This document shows, piece by piece, positions 1-13,439 of a stretch of DNA of 64,000 nt (positions are counted from its first letter, which is position 1; the number at the start of each line of letters is the position of its first letter). The notes below the pieces were generated by a model. The model did not search any database, had not been told where the DNA came from, and saw nothing but the letters and a program-made list of their open reading frames with translations. This DNA comes from Eledone cirrhosa (lineage: Eukaryota). The translations under genes were made by a program, and so were the position numbers. The DNA is taken from positions 117,738,001 to 117,802,000 of the forward strand of contig OZ024745.1 in NCBI GenBank assembly GCA_964016885.1, read 5' to 3'.

Positions 1-892
1 TTAGAAACAGCTAAATATTGTGTACTATATCATTAATTAAACCTATGTTTAGTGCAAGCTCTGTAATGCGACTGAGATGGCTCAGTTTAGGTGTTTCTGG
101 ATTTTTTCGATAATTCAAAGGTTCAGCCATGTTAAATATTGTTTTATGCCTCAGAGTTAAGGTTACACATGTGTGGAATACTCAACCACTTACACATTAA
201 TTCATAAGTTATGCTGTTGATCAAACAAATGCATGCTGATCATTGAAACTGACAGAGGACCCACCATCCAAGCTTTATCTTGTTATTGCCCTTGTTGAAT
301 TCAGGTTGTAGAATGTCCTCTGATCTCAACTCCAGTAAAGGTAGTTATTTTGGTGTCACAATAAAAAACAACCAGTCCACCCTATAAGGTGATTGGTGTT
401 AGGAAGGACATCCAGCTGTAGAAAACCAAGCTGAAAGTGGGTTGTATGAGCAAAAGGAGGTCACCTGACTTGTCTAGCCTCATAACATGGCAGCCTGTCT
501 AAGACATGCGAACATGGAAAATATACATTAAACAGTGATGATAATAATTAATAATGTGTAAGTATTTATTGATGAGTTAACTGACAAGCTAGACTTTAAC
601 AAAACAATGGATCAGTGCAGGAATATCTCTCGAATCTGGGTGAGTTTACACTCGCAAATAAGAAGAACCAGGGCCGCCCCTAGGAGCATTGGATTTGGTG
701 TACTTCATATTTGTTTCAGTTGCTGAATACAATCAGGGGTCACTGCTTCTCCTGAAGGTCAATAGTTCTCTTCTAACTCGAGCGGGAGCACCTTTCCATT
801 GTCATCTGCAAAGCCGCATTGTTCTCAGAACCATTACAGTCTTTCGATGTGTGCAGCTGGAACTGCTGCCACCTATTGATTTGGCAGGATCG

Positions 893-1038
893 CAACTCAT
901 TTCTACAGCTGAGTAAACTGGAGCAACGTGAAATAAAGTGTCTTGCTCAAGGACACAACACATCACTCGGTCTGAGAATTGAACTCACAACCTTTTGATT
1001 GCAAGCCCAATGCTCTAATCATTAAGCCATGCGCCTTC
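893..1038 (-). mobile_element. tRNA-derived CORE-type SINE (head and core)
   Basis: Minus strand reads A box TGGCTTAATGATTAG, B box GAGTTCAATTC, then CORE-like GTGTCCTTGAGCAAGACACTTTATTTCAC...CAGCTGTAGAAATGAG. Confidence 0.75.
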
Positions 1039-3107
1039 ACTAATAAGTGTAAATGTATTGTTAAACAGAAGTATACTACGAAGGAAGTAAAAAAAAAAAC
1101 ATAAAAATAATATGCAGCAAGTGAAAAAAAAAGGTTGGGGTGTTTGAAAAAATAAGTGATGAAAACTGGGAAGGGTAAGACTCTACATCTGGCTAGGCGG
1201 TATATCTCAGCTGCTCTCTGTAAACAATAGCCAACGATACCTACTGCAACAGCCATTCACCCACCACGAAGACACCTTTCTTAGGCTGGATGCACTCTTC
1301 TTGATTTTGCAGAGAAAAATGGCAGTCTGGGGTACAAGGACATGGGAGGTTTCAATGGCGGTTGTCACGAAAAGAAAGCAGTCGGTCAAGTCCTAGTATT
1401 TGATTTATCTTCTTGTTTGTAACAATCCAGTAACCAAGGTCTCAGGTCTTGACGATGACCTGCACCGAAAAGAAGTGGCCAGTCAAGCCCCAGTATTTTC
1501 CTGCTTCTCCACGTTATGGTCAGCAGTTCATGTGACCAAAGTGACAATGTTGACTATGGAATTGACTCTTTCCTCCAAAAGCTGAAGAAGAAACTATGTA
1601 TTTAATTGACTAGGTGCTAATTCCCTTGAGGCTTTATGCCTATATATGGAATTAAATTTCTAAGTGACGGGTAATTCAACAAATGAATTAGAAATTGCTA
1701 TGATACTTGGTACTTAATTTAATTAACTAAGATAAGTTTCCGTGGTGAGAAGTAATTCTAGTCTTTCTCTCTGGTATTGTGTTATTTTGCAAATACCAAG
1801 AGTTACTCCCCATGTATTTTATTTCGTGAAAAAGTTCCGATTTCATGTACTCACACAGATTCACACACACTACAATTTATTCCTGACACATATTGCATGA
1901 GTCAAAATATATATGCTTTGTTAAAAACAAAGGAAGAACTTTCTGGAAAGTTTTTATTTTTCTATTTCCTGAGACAGCATTCAGGTATGATATGAAAACG
2001 TGAAACATGTTTTCCAAGAGATTCACTGGATAATTGCTGGCCTTGTGCCTAAAGTAGAAACAATTATTTTACTTACGACAGGGGAGGTAATCGGTGTAGT
2101 TATCAGCCGTCAGCATATCTGAATAAGTGAATTTTGGAAATAAGCACATAGAATATCGGGTTTATTTGTTTGTTTTGTAAGATTCTTGATGTGAGATCGT
2201 ATGCTGAAACAGATATTGTAATATTCGGGGATGATTTGGCAACTCGACAATCCCCAAATAAAACAAATACGTAAAATATCATCATTTAGTAACTACTCAG
2301 TGAAAAGAACATAAGTATGACCTTTGAGTTATTTCCCTTTGGCCTAAATTTAAGAAGTTGAATTCTTTATCCTAAACTGTCTTTGATTCTACGATCAAAT
2401 CAGTTTCCTTTAGTGTTTTTATATTCATCTAAAATCTTTCCACCATAATTCTGTGTTAGAACCGCCGTTATGTTGCAAATACTAACTTCATATCTTATTC
2501 TCACATCGGCACATGGTCATAACTATTTCACAAAAAATAAAATAAGTTAAGTCAATTATATTGGACCAGGCGTACGTAGTGGACAATGTTATCTCTGCTG
2601 GGAAATTTCTCCAAGACTTTGATGCATTCTTAAAAAAAAAAAAAAAAATACAGCAACCCTTACATAAGAGGACTACCTATCCATTAGAGACTTTTCCTCT
2701 AACAAACCACCCTGAAACAGGGCCTAAACGCTTACCCCCCTCCCCTCAACGCACAAAAAACAGATTTATTTTATCGATTCCGAAAGTATGAAAACCAAAG
2801 TTGATTTCAGAACGTAGAAATTCCTAATTTAATACCACAGACATTTTGTCCGATGCTCTGCCGATCCACCACTCCTTAACACCAACTTAATTCGTGATTA
2901 TTTGCAAAATAATTTGAAGAACATGACAGTGCCGTTCATTAGAAACATGTAATGAAAGGGTTAAGCGACGCTCTTGTTCCACCGTAAATTAGGTTGGTAG
3001 TGTTGGCATATACAACACAGCCATACTTGGGTAACTAAAGCCTCTGAGTTGTAATGTCATCGTTGTAGACTTATTTAACACTAAAATATATAAACATAGC
3101 TTAGGCG

Positions 3108-4451
3108 GGAGTGATAATCCCAATTTTCAAAAAGGGAGACAAGAGAGATTGTCCCAACTACAGAGGGATCTCCTTGTTAAGCCACCCCGGTAAAGTATGT
3201 TAAGTGTCTGGCAAAGAGATGCAGAGAGATTGTCGAGTCCATGCTAGCTGATGAACAGTGTGGTTTTGTTTTTTACCCCCGACACAGCACAGCAGACCAA
3301 ATATTCACACTGCGGCAGGTATTCGAGAAATCGTGGAAGTATTGCCTAGATGTATATTCTTGTTTTATCAACCTTGAGAAGACATATGACCGCGTTCCAC
3401 GGGACCTGCTGTGGAAGGCTGGGCAGGAGTATGGGATTGATGGTCATCTTCTTGCTGCCCTAATGTCTCTACATGAATGCCAGAGTATTTGGGTTCGGAT
3501 AAATGGTGCTAAATCGTAACCATTTAATGTGGGAGTCGGACTCCGCGAGGGGTGTGTACTGTCAGCTCTCCTGTTTATTATTTACATGAACAAGATTGAC
3601 ATGCACAGCCGCGTTGGAAGTGGTATCACGACTGGCAGGTGTAAAATCACTCGGGTCGAATTTGCAGAGGACATGGTGTTACTCAACTCGACAGAAGGTG
3701 GTCTTCGACTTGCACTCGATAGGTTTGATGCCGAGTGCTGCATGGCTAGAATGAAAATCAGTGATGCGAAAACTGAGACCTCGACCTATCAAGGAAGCCT
3801 GCGCAGTGCACGCTACAGGGAAATGGAGTTCCACTGAAGCAGGTACAGAAGTTCAAGTATCTCGGGGACGTATTCAAGAGTGATGGAATGCAGGAGGTTG
3901 AATTAAGTGTGACAATTTCAGAAGCTGGTGCAGTAATGTGCCAGCTTCAGCATTCAATAATCAGAAGAAGGAGGTAGGTGTAAAAGCTAAACTCGCTATC
4001 TTCAATTCGGTAGTCATGCCAACCCTTCCTAGGGTCATGAATCTTGGGTAATGACCGAAAGAATACTATCGCGAATACAAGCGGCCGAAATGGGGTTTCT
4101 CTGAAGGGCCTTTGGAGTAACGTTACTTAATAGAGTGCATAGCTCGGATATCAGAGAGTCACTCCAGGTAGAGCCGATACATCTCCAAATTGAGAAATTA
4201 CAGCTATGGGCATGTGGTTAGAATGTCTCAGGAAAGAATCGCTGAACAGATTTTAGAGGCAAAACTAATGAAGAGACCCAGGGTTAGACTCCAAGAAAGA
4301 TGGTTGAATAACATCCATGAGCTTGGCTGGTCTCGCTTGGGGATCCAGTCGGATAATTTGGAGACAGTTGCTCCTGACAGGACCTGCTGGAAGGAGTGTT
4401 TGAGGACTCTGCCCCCACGACCCTCTCAGGAATAAGTGGGTGAAGAAGAAG
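3108..4451 (+). mobile_element. 5'-truncated, decayed RTE-clade LINE (reverse transcriptase to 3' end)
   Basis: [43 protein letters not shown] (degenerate YADD box), FKYLG, GHVVRM, DRTCW; frameshifts and stops; short GAA tail. Confidence 0.92.
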
Positions 4452-4589
4452 TGGCCTAACGTATACTAAAACACCAAGTTCTCGCTGTGTGTATTTTAAA
4501 CTGTACTCCTGTTACAGTAACCGTATGTCATATACTACAGCATTTCAGAATTTACTTTGTTTACTTTCTCAATATATAGTGGTTAGAAT

Positions 4590-5035
4590 ATACAGAAGAT
4601 TTCTTCCAGAGAAGGATAGAATGTGAGAGAATAGGAGTGAGAAAGCGGTATAGCGGAAGAATCGGCACTAGTTCTAGGCTGGTATTTTTTTTATTGATCT
4701 TAAATCAAAGTTAACCTCGGCAGGATTTGAACTCAGAGAACGGAGATCCGAAATAAATACCGCAAAGCATTCTATTTGACGTTCTAACAACTCTGCTAAT
4801 TCGTAGCCTATGTTTTGTATGTATAGAGCCGTAATTTCTGATGGGGTGTAGGGGCGCCGTCATGGCACATTTAAATTTGGCGGAGCCCATCTCTATAGGT
4901 CTGAACATAACTGATCTCTTCCAGAGAAAGGGAGAAAGAGATTGAGAGAGAGAATCGGCGATATTGACTTCAGTGTGATTTGAGCGTTGAGAAGCATTCT
5001 ATCTGATGTCCTAACAACTTTGCCAATTCGCCACC
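4590..5035 (-). mobile_element. Two degenerate copies of the dominant tRNA-derived SINE
   Basis: Reverse-complement GAGTTCAAATCC B box and GAGGTTAACTTTG core, matching better copies at 27217 and 63289. Confidence 0.7.
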
Positions 5036-5225
5036 GTAACTCAGTAAACATCTTTACTAAGAAGGAGAAATGTTTTGGTATGCCTGATAATAACTTTGTG
5101 TGAATTGGGCGACCTTTTAGAAGATGTTGCCTTTAACGTTCATTTTTTACTTTTCGAATCTGTTGAACCACACAAAAAAAACGGACGCAAGTTGTTCCAA
5201 AGATTTGAAAGCTCAAACTGTTCTA

Positions 5226-5540
5226 CTCCAGCACCTGGCCTCCAGCACCTGGCCTCAGATAAGACTGTCACCAGGTTTACCTCCAGCACCTGGCCTCAGA
5301 TAAGACTGTCACCAGGTTTACCTCCAGCACCTGGCCTCAGATAAGACTGTCACCAGGTTTACCTCCAGCACCTGGCCTCAGATAAGACTGTCACCAAGTT
5401 TACCTCCAGCACCTGGCCTCAGTTCAGACTGTCACCAGGTTTACCTCCTGCACCTGGCCCCAGGTAAGACTGTCCCCAGGTTTACCTCCAGCACCTGGCC
5501 TCGGGTAAGACTGTCCCCAGGTTTACCTCCAGCACCTGGC
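5226..5540. repeat. 41-bp minisatellite, about 7.5 copies
   Basis: Unit CTCCAGCACCTGGCCTCAGATAAGACTGTCACCAGGTTTAC recurs at 5240, 5281, 5322, 5363, 5404 onward, with no spacers. Confidence 0.95.
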
Positions 5541-5727
5541 CAATGGCGGTCTTCAACAGAGGCCACTCACTTAACAAAGATTACATAATATTCGCAACAA
5601 AGAAAATTAACTAAGAAAGTTAGAAGGGATAAGCGGCAAATTGTACACTCAAGTCTTGGCGGTATATCTGAGCTGCGTTCTGCGGACAAATGGCGGAAAC
5701 ATTGTTGTGAAGAACAACCAGTGACAC

Positions 5728-5940
5728 CATCATCCACTCCACCCCACCCTTCCCCAGGAGTTCCTTCCATCATCTATACCACCTCACTCTTCCCCAGGCA
5801 GGATTACCCCCTCCATCATCCACTCCACCTCACAAGGTCCCTTCCATCATCCACTCCACCTCACAAGGCTCCTTCCATCATCCACTCCACCTCACAAGGC
5901 CCCTTCCATCATCCACACCACCTCACAAGATCCCTTCCAC
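5728..5940. repeat. 31-bp C-rich minisatellite
   Basis: CACAAG recurs at 5831, 5862, 5893, 5924; unit about CCCTTCCATCATCCACTCCACCTCACAAGGT, with degenerate copies upstream. Confidence 0.85.
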
Positions 5941-6419
5941 AGGTTCGTCTCTTTTTCTCACCCTTTTCGAAGACCCCCAGAAAAAGGTGATGGGTGCGGT
6001 CCTTCCTCTTTTGAATAAACCATAAAAAGGTTTTTTTTTAAAACCCATGCCCAGGACCCGGCCAAATAAGTACATTATGTAGCCATGGTTTTAACGGAAA
6101 ATTTACAAATAAATAAATCAATAAAAGTCGAAGGTATTTATATAAAAGTCCTTTGCCCTATCCCCACATTCATCACATCCCATATTCCTTTCGGTCACCT
6201 TTCAAATTCTGTTCCTGTGTTTATATCGGGTTTTCAAATAATCTACCTTTTATCATTGTTTAGTTAGTTATTTTTTTTTTAATTATTAGTTTTTATTTTT
6301 ATGGGCGTATTACTTGTTTACTTCTACTGAAAAAAAGAACACAGACACACACAAAAAAAACAATATGCCCCCTCATCTGCGACACCACCACCACCACCAT
6401 CTGCGACACGACCCAATAC

Positions 6420-6932
6420 GGTGTGTGTGAATGTGTGCGAGTGTATGTGTGTGTGTGAGTGAGTGTATGTATGTGTGTGAGTGTGTATGTATGTGTGTGT
6501 GCGTGTGAGTGTATGTGTGTGTGAGTGTGTGTGAGTGAGTGAGTGTGTGTGTATGTATGTGTGTGTGTGTATGTGTGTGTGCGTGTGTGAATGTGTGTGA
6601 GTGTATGTGTGTGTGTGAGTGAGTGTGTGTATGTCTGTGAATGAGTGTGTATGTATGTGTGTGTGTGTGTATGTGTGAGTGTATGTGTGTGTGTGTGAGT
6701 GAGTGTATGTGTGTGAGTGAGTGTGTATGTATGTGTGTGTGTGTGAGTGTATGTGTGTGTGTATGAGTGAGTGAGTGTATGTGTGTGAATGAGTGTGTAT
6801 GTATGTGTGTGTGTGTGTGTGTGTGAGTGTATGTGTGTGTGTGTGAGTGAGTGTATGTGTGTGAGTGAGTGTGTGTGTGTGAGTGTATGTGTGTGTGTGT
6901 GTGTGTGTGTGACTGTATGTGTGTGCGCGCGC
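6420..6932. repeat. Compound (GT)n/(GTGA)n/(GTAT)n microsatellite
   Basis: Directly visible; source of the HT/CV pseudo-ORFs. Confidence 0.98.
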
Positions 6933-6976
6933 GTTATTTCTGTTTTCTGTGTATTTACCTTTTCTTTTCTTCCCAG

Positions 6977-7063
6977 TAAACGTCTCTCTGTTTGTTGCTG
7001 TGGTTTGTGAAACGAAGACAAGCGACTTGCAGGTTTGCGGTACATTGTGGCGCCGAGACGCCG
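6977..7063 (+). other. Candidate 87-nt internal exon (unconfirmed)
   Basis: Acceptor TTTTCTTTTCTTCCCAG, donor CCG|GTATGA, one open phase 1-1 frame [28 protein letters not shown]. No partner exon found. Confidence 0.25.
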
Positions 7064-7496
7064 GTATGAAGTCTAGTTGACTATAGGACACTATTAAATT
7101 GTACTAAATAGCCGACACCTAAGGTCATTTGGTGCTCACTCACGAATACATTGAATCATACATACCCATCCATAGATTACGCGCGCCCCCACACATATTC
7201 CAACTTACTTATATACACTTAGAATCATGCATTCACATCCACAAAGCCGAAGAAATAACACCACACACACACACACACACACACATACACACACACATAT
7301 ATATGCACACTTATATATGTTTGAGTATAGAAGTTCCTGTATATAATCATTTATTTATACACAACATTATATACTATATATATATATATATATAATATAT
7401 ATATATACATAAATTTAAGTGTTTTTGTGTATGTGTAAGTATGTAAGTATGTATGTATATACGTACACGTATACATACACTCACACACATATGTAT

Positions 7497-8695
7497 AAAG
7501 TCCATTTCGACAGCTGACGACCACAAAGTTGTTTGTCCTGCTCGTGTTACCATTTTTGTGTCGACTAAAGGGTTGCTCAGTTCTATGAGAACACGTCTTT
7601 TAATAGCACTAACATTTTTCTAACTTGTTCTGATTATCATTTCTTTTCAGATAAATGATGACAGATATCTCGCTAACTCAGCAAATGGAGGGAGACGCTG
7701 TAATCGTTGCCTTAAAGGTAGAGATTTAGAGATTTAGAGATTGCTTGTTTCTTGAAAGTTGCACGGTAGTTTGTTGTCAAAGTTCGCAAAGAGCTGGAAG
7801 CTACTGACTGTGATTCTACAGCAATAGCCAAACGTAAAATGCCTGCTAAGGGTCCTAATACCAATTTTGTACGAAAGATGCAGAAAATTATCGGAAGAAT
7901 TGTGCTTGAGGACTTTCGGTACAAGTCATATGTGATGCAGAGCGGCCAATTCATACATACAAAGACAGAAGATACCCGTCTGATCCGCGCAAAGTGCTTG
8001 CTGAGCAAGTTGAATTATCAAAAGCTCGGAATGCTTTGGTTTTTCTCTGATGAGAAAACAATTGATCAGAGCCAAAAGGTCAACTGAAAGAATGACAGAT
8101 GGTTATGTAGGGGCCCTAAAGACGTCCCAACGGTTATGCACACAAGGTTTCCGGCAGCTGTGATGGTTCTCGGAGTTGGGGTCAACGAGAGAGATGTCAT
8201 GCCTCCTCACTTCTTTCCTCAAAGGACATGCTAGAGAGGGTTTTTTTGTCCATGAATAAGGAGCGTGAGAAAAGGAAGACTCTGCACCATCTCATAAGTC
8301 CATGACACCCAAGAATAGATGAGTTACAATGTCCATGATCATGCCACCCCAAACATATGCCCTCATAGCGCATCACATATAAATCTGTTGTACTATACTA
8401 TGTATGGGGCGTAGACGAAAGGGAAGTCAATCAACGCCACCATAACACTATGGAATCTCTGAAGTCCGCCATAACTAGTACAATGTCTAAAGTAGATAAA
8501 AACCATCTGGTTCAGGCATGACAACATTTCAGACCTTGTATTGAGACTGTTATCGGTGCTAATGACGGATTCATTGAGTAGATCCGTGAAGAAGAGTTAA
8601 GATTATTCATGCCAACCTTTTCTTAAATAAATCTCTTCTTTTATGACTTATGCGTCTTTTACTAAATTCATGCAAATATTTTCAAATAACTGTAT
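7497..8695 (+). mobile_element. Decayed Tc1/mariner transposon, maT (DD37D)-like
   Basis: WFFSDEK, KVN*KNDRWL, FPAAVMVLGV, VMPPHFF, YVWGV, C-terminal VIGANDGFIE*; ends ...CTG followed by TA. Left boundary approximate. Confidence 0.85.
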
Positions 8696-9150
8696 ATACC
8701 AAAGTTTTACACCGTATCTGTTGACAATTTTGCAATTAGTTATCTGTGATTCGGTGCAGTTCCTCTCATCGTTGAGTTGTTTACTATTATTATTCAGCGC
8801 ATTTAAAATGGGTGGGAGGCAGATTTGGTCAATTTAGTTGTAGGGATTTAGTTCTTTGCAATCTAAAATGGTCAGAAAACTTCGATATGCGATAAACATA
8901 GCATGTAATTAAATTGTAGTGCATATAGAAATAGATGTGTGTTTTGGTAGTTTGGGGAGAAAATAATAATTATTGATGGTGGTTATTGTGACATGTTTTA
9001 TCTTTACCCGCTTCCTTTGTCAGCTAGCTTTATTATCTCGACTTTCTCACACCATTCGGACGTGATTAGTCAATTTCTCTCTAATACTTTTTTGATAACG
9101 GTCTCTAATTTCCTCTTCGCGCCTCCCGTTCTTGTTTTTTTAGTCTAACC

Positions 9151-9424
9151 CAGGCATGGGCAATCTTTTTCAAGAAGCGGGCCGCATGAGATATGGCTTC
9201 TCATCAGGCGGACCGCAAGCGCTAATTTATATTCGTGCCTACATTAAAAATATAGGGTGGTAACTCAGCCTGTTTTGATTTGTTTCTTAAGAATTCGTAC
9301 ACGTTGTTTTCCTCGAGATAAAGTACGACTGAAAAGTTTGGGTAAAAAAATCAGAAAGATTTCACTTAGGTGACATAGGCAAGCCATTCAGAAAGCTTCG
9401 CGGGCCGCAGGTTGCCCACGACTG
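9151..9424 (+). mobile_element. hAT-type MITE (274 bp) with perfect 8-bp target site duplication
   Basis: Termini CAGGCATGGGCAA and TTGCCCACGACTG; GTCTAACC at 9143-9150 and 9425-9432. Confidence 0.93.
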
Positions 9425-10236
9425 GTCTAACCGCTGTGTTGTCTCACTTGCATCTTTCCAGTGACTTGTTCAAACCGTCGTTTAACCTGAGCTCACTATT
9501 ATGCAATATCACCTTTATGCATGAAATTGCATTTCCTAGTGAATGGCTGATAAGGTAGTTAGATGCTTTTGTTCATTCCTCCCACTCTGAAGCAATGCAG
9601 ACCCCAGCTAACTTTTCATACTTCCCACCACAATCAATCTTTTAATACTCCTGCTTGCATAGCCACCGGCTTGACATCTACATGGTTTTATAACCAATGA
9701 AATCTCCATCAAATCACTCACTGCCACCGAGACAAAAAAAGAGAACACATTGAACAATGTAGTCACTGAAACCGCGTTGTCACGGCTGGAATGTCTATGT
9801 CATAAGTCTGCTTATTCAAGCTGACTCAACCACAGTTTCGCCATAAATAGAATAAACATCACCAACCCAGTAACACCTCCACGAGTTTAACACCCAAAAA
9901 TCTATACACCCAGGGCCGTGCAGATGTTTGGCGATGCCCGGAGTCAACTCCTTGGTTGTATGATCCTAAAACTGAAGTATGGTGCTTTTTTTATCTGGGC
10001 AGAAAACCTGGCACATATTTGGATGTGCACTTGAGAAATCTAAGTGGGCGCTGCGTTTAGTAGTTGTATTGAGAACCTTCCGTGACACTTTGGTTAGATG
10101 CCCTCCCCACTTGTCTCGATATGGATGCCAGGGACCATCGCACCCTCTGCCTCTCTCCATCTCTCTCTCCCCCCTATCTCTGTGCAAGCTACTGTGTACA
10201 CCTTACCCTTTCTACCATCATTGGTATGGTGTGGTC

Positions 10237-10538
10237 CTGTAACCCCTGATGGAGTCGTTGGGGCGCCGTAGTGACACACGGGGCATTTTAAACACGGCAG
10301 AGCCCACCCTTCTCCAGGTCTGAACACAGCAAATTTCTTCCAAAGAACGATAGAAGGTGACAGAGAGGAAGCGAGGAAGAATCGACCTCAGTACAAGACT
10401 GGTACTTTTTTTATCGACCTCGAAAGGATGAAAGGCAAAGTTGACCTCGGTGGGATTTGAACTCAGAGCGCAGAGAGTCGGAACGAATACCAGAAAACAT
10501 TCTATCTGACGTTCTAACAACGCTGACAAGTCGCCGCC
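10237..10538 (-). mobile_element. tRNA-derived SINE, long-tail subtype
   Basis: Minus strand GGCGGCGACTTGTCAG head, GAGTTCAAATCC B box, GCCTTTCATCCTTTCGAGGTCGATAAAA core (Meta/MESC-like from memory). Confidence 0.85.
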
Positions 10539-10964
10539 TCCCACCCTCATTAACATCATCAAACATTCCATTATCGACATTATCATCATCACCACCAATA
10601 CTCGACGAAGGCTAGGACCGAGCCCGCCACCAAAAGAGGGGTGGTACTAGATGGCACCACTTCATTTTGAAGAGTGCGCCCCCAGATTTAGAAAATAGAT
10701 TTTATGAAAAACGTCCTGAAATAGGTTCCTGTATTTGGAGTGACTACCCAGAATATTCTGAAGATTCTCCAGCATCAAATCAGTCGATGAGCCGGCATTG
10801 GACGAAATAAACTAAATCAACCATTACCTCATCACAAGAGAGCTTCGGTGTAGTAGCTCGAGTCGCTAGAAATAGCTGTCAAATGTCCCTCAAAACACAC
10901 ACTACCGCCAATAAAATAAAAGCACACATTGGATATTGCGGTCCTGGATTTCCTGTACACTAAC

Positions 10965-11145
10965 CATTAGTATCAGTAGAGGGTCAGACGCCATGCTTTC
11001 CAGCATAGTTACGTCCCTTTACGATCTGAGTTCAAATCCCGCCGAGGTTGACTTTGCCTTTCATCCTTACGGGGTCGATAAAATAAAGTACCAGTAATAC
11101 ACTGGGTATTTTGCTGGCCTTGTGCCTAAAGTAAAAACAATTATT
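10965..11145 (+). mobile_element. tRNA-derived SINE, short-tail subtype
   Basis: GAGTTCAAATCCC, GCCTTTCATCCTTACGGGGTCGATAAAATAAAGTACCAG, tail GCTGGCCTTGTGCC. Confidence 0.85.
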
Positions 11146-11211
11146 TCGCCCCCTCACAGGTTCGTTAACATAGTCTCTGTTTAACAAAACTAGAATTAAC
11201 ACTATCAGTTT

Positions 11212-11484
11212 CACCACCACCTCCCCCATCACCACCATCACCACCACCATCACCATCACCACCACCACAACCACCACCATCACCACCACCACCAATACCC
11301 CCCCTTCACACCAATACCCCCACTACCACCACCACCATCATCACCACCACCACCACCAATACCCCCCACACACCAATACCACCATCACCACCACCACAAC
11401 CACCACCATCACCACCACCACCACCACCACCACCAATACCCGCCCCCCACATTAATACCACCACCACCACCACCACCACCACCA
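11212..11484. repeat. Imperfect (CCA)n repeat
   Basis: Directly visible. Confidence 0.95.
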
Positions 11485-11804
11485 TGAACGTGTCAGTCAG
11501 TCACATGAGAAAACTTGTCTTAACAGACATTAACCTTTCTTTACCCTGTCATAACATACACATAGTTTGATGGAATCAGACATATTGTTTGCAGTTGTAA
11601 ATATGGTTGATTCGGCGGAAGAAAGAGTTAAGTACATTATAAGTACATACATACTTATATACACCCGTATGTATACACACTGTAATACATACAAAAACAT
11701 AATTATATAATGAAAAACCCAAGATGGAGGCATGTTATAAAACTGCTGATGACCAAGACAAAAGATTTAATGGTCAAGTCCGTATTGTCATCGGCAGCTC
11801 TGTG

Positions 11805-11985
11805 ATTATTGTTTCTACTTTTTGGCACAAGGCCAGCAATTATTCCAGTGTATTACTGGTACTTTATTTTATCGACCCCGTAAGGATGAAAGACAAAGTT
11901 GACCTCGGCGGGATTTGAACTTAGTTCGTAAAGGGATCTAACTCTAAGCTGGAAAGCATGGCGTCCGACCACAGTTTAATAGAAA
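11805..11985 (-). mobile_element. tRNA-derived SINE, short-tail subtype
   Basis: Near reverse complement of the 10965 copy. Confidence 0.85.
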
Positions 11986-12227
11986 AGGAAAAGAAGAAAA
12001 TTTAGATTGAGAAGAATGGAAAGTAAAATACGAAAATATAAAGAAAAAGGAGAGAAAGAAAAAAGACCATAAAAAGGAGGGAATGGCAAGGACTCTAGTA
12101 TCACAGAAGAATGGGGGGTAGTTGGGCTCTGGGCCTAGCGGTGGTAAAGGGGCTGAGCCCTGCGGACAATACTCCCAAAAGGCAAGACAAAATCGCAAAA
12201 GCATTCTAACTGGCAAGTTTCAGCGAA

Positions 12228-12412
12228 CTGGAATGACTCTTCTAGCATGTCTCCCTCACCATCCTCCGAGGAAACGCCTTCTCTATTCTCTCCGTCGGGG
12301 CCATGGGGCGGCTAGCGTGTGGAACCCCATTTGCTCATAATACAGAGAGATGGGAAGAGCGTGAGAGACGGAGGCGATGACTGTGGGAGTTGGGTTCTTT
12401 TGTGTTCAGACC
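12228..12412 (+). mobile_element. 3' end of CRE-like non-LTR retrotransposon
   Basis: Aligns by eye to 18957-19160 (SLTILRGNAFSILS plus the shared 3' UTR). Confidence 0.75.
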
Positions 12413-12449
12413 TGGTGTATATATATATGAATCGAAGCAAAGTTAGCAG

Positions 12450-12880
12450 TGTTGGTAGAGGTGAAATAACACGACAAAATAAGTGGTTTCGTTTAAATAT
12501 AAAATTTACTTCACTTCAGTGAATAAAGGAACAAAGAATAAGATTACTACAAATAATAGAAGTTGACGATGTTTTTATTGTATTTTGTTATGCTGAAATA
12601 GAGAGTGGCAAGAGATCCTTCGTTAGTCGTAGCAGCAAGGTCGTAGTCCTCGCCCAGTGACAAGGGAAGGTGACATTTTCTTTTGGTGATAGAAAATTCT
12701 CTCTATCCCCTCAGGACAGCCTATTTATATTGACCTCCCGCTATCTTCTCCTTCTTTGGTGTCGTTAAACCTAGCATCCGGATTCTTCATGTGTTTTTCT
12801 ACAAGTGGGGTCAATGGTCGACTTTTATTGGCCAAGAGGAACATATGTATGTAAGAGAACGAATATTTGGTAGTATCTAC
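12450..12880 (-). mobile_element. Possible solo LTR remnant
   Basis: Minus strand has TATAAATA (12722-12729), AATAAA about 150 nt later, and ends CCAACA at 12450. Other terminus and target duplication not found. Confidence 0.3.
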
Positions 12881-13049
12881 ATTTTTTCACTAACTTTCTT
12901 GTTATTAAGCTGGTGTTTGGAACGTAACTTAATGAAGCTTCTTATTTCTAAGTCTACGTGTGATAAAGAAACCCTATAATTTATGTTGATTACAAACTCA
13001 ATCCACTCAGTTAATTATTTCTTGTAGTATCATTCTTATATCCGTACCT

Positions 13050-13143
13050 CCTGTTGAAGTTGTAGGCTCGCCGTAGTGACATGCGGCATGTTTTTACCAT
13101 TTTAAAGCTAGAGGAACCCTTGTCTGAGCACAACTGATTTCTT

Positions 13144-13180
<37 letters not shown>

Positions 13181-13330
13181 TGTGAAAGAATTATAGAAGA
13201 AGCGACCCCCAGTACTGGACTCGTACTTTACGTTATCAACCTCGAAAGTATGAAAGGCAACGATGACCTCGGTGGGATTTGAACTCAGAGACTAGAGAGC
13301 CGGAACGAATACCCCCAAACTATTCTTTCT
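13050..13330 (-). mobile_element. tRNA-derived SINE, long-tail subtype, with internal (GA)n
   Basis: Same core as the 10237 copy. Confidence 0.75.
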
Positions 13331-13439
13331 GGCTAAATAGTTTAAAAAACAATAAACAAATAATCACATTTCTGTTAAGTTAACTGCGTTTCTTTTGAAT
13401 TTCCTGCAAGCATCTATTGTAGAAAATATATTTACATTT

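Noticed and set aside
1180-1600. Coding-like segment (also 24990-25220, 44330-44510 and 47690-47960)
   Set aside because: Stops or no consistent splice pair, and no recognisable motif; probably old transposon debris.
5226-5540. CRISPR-like array (also 59548-59912)
   Set aside because: Units are contiguous with no unique spacers, no cas genes are present, and the context is eukaryotic.
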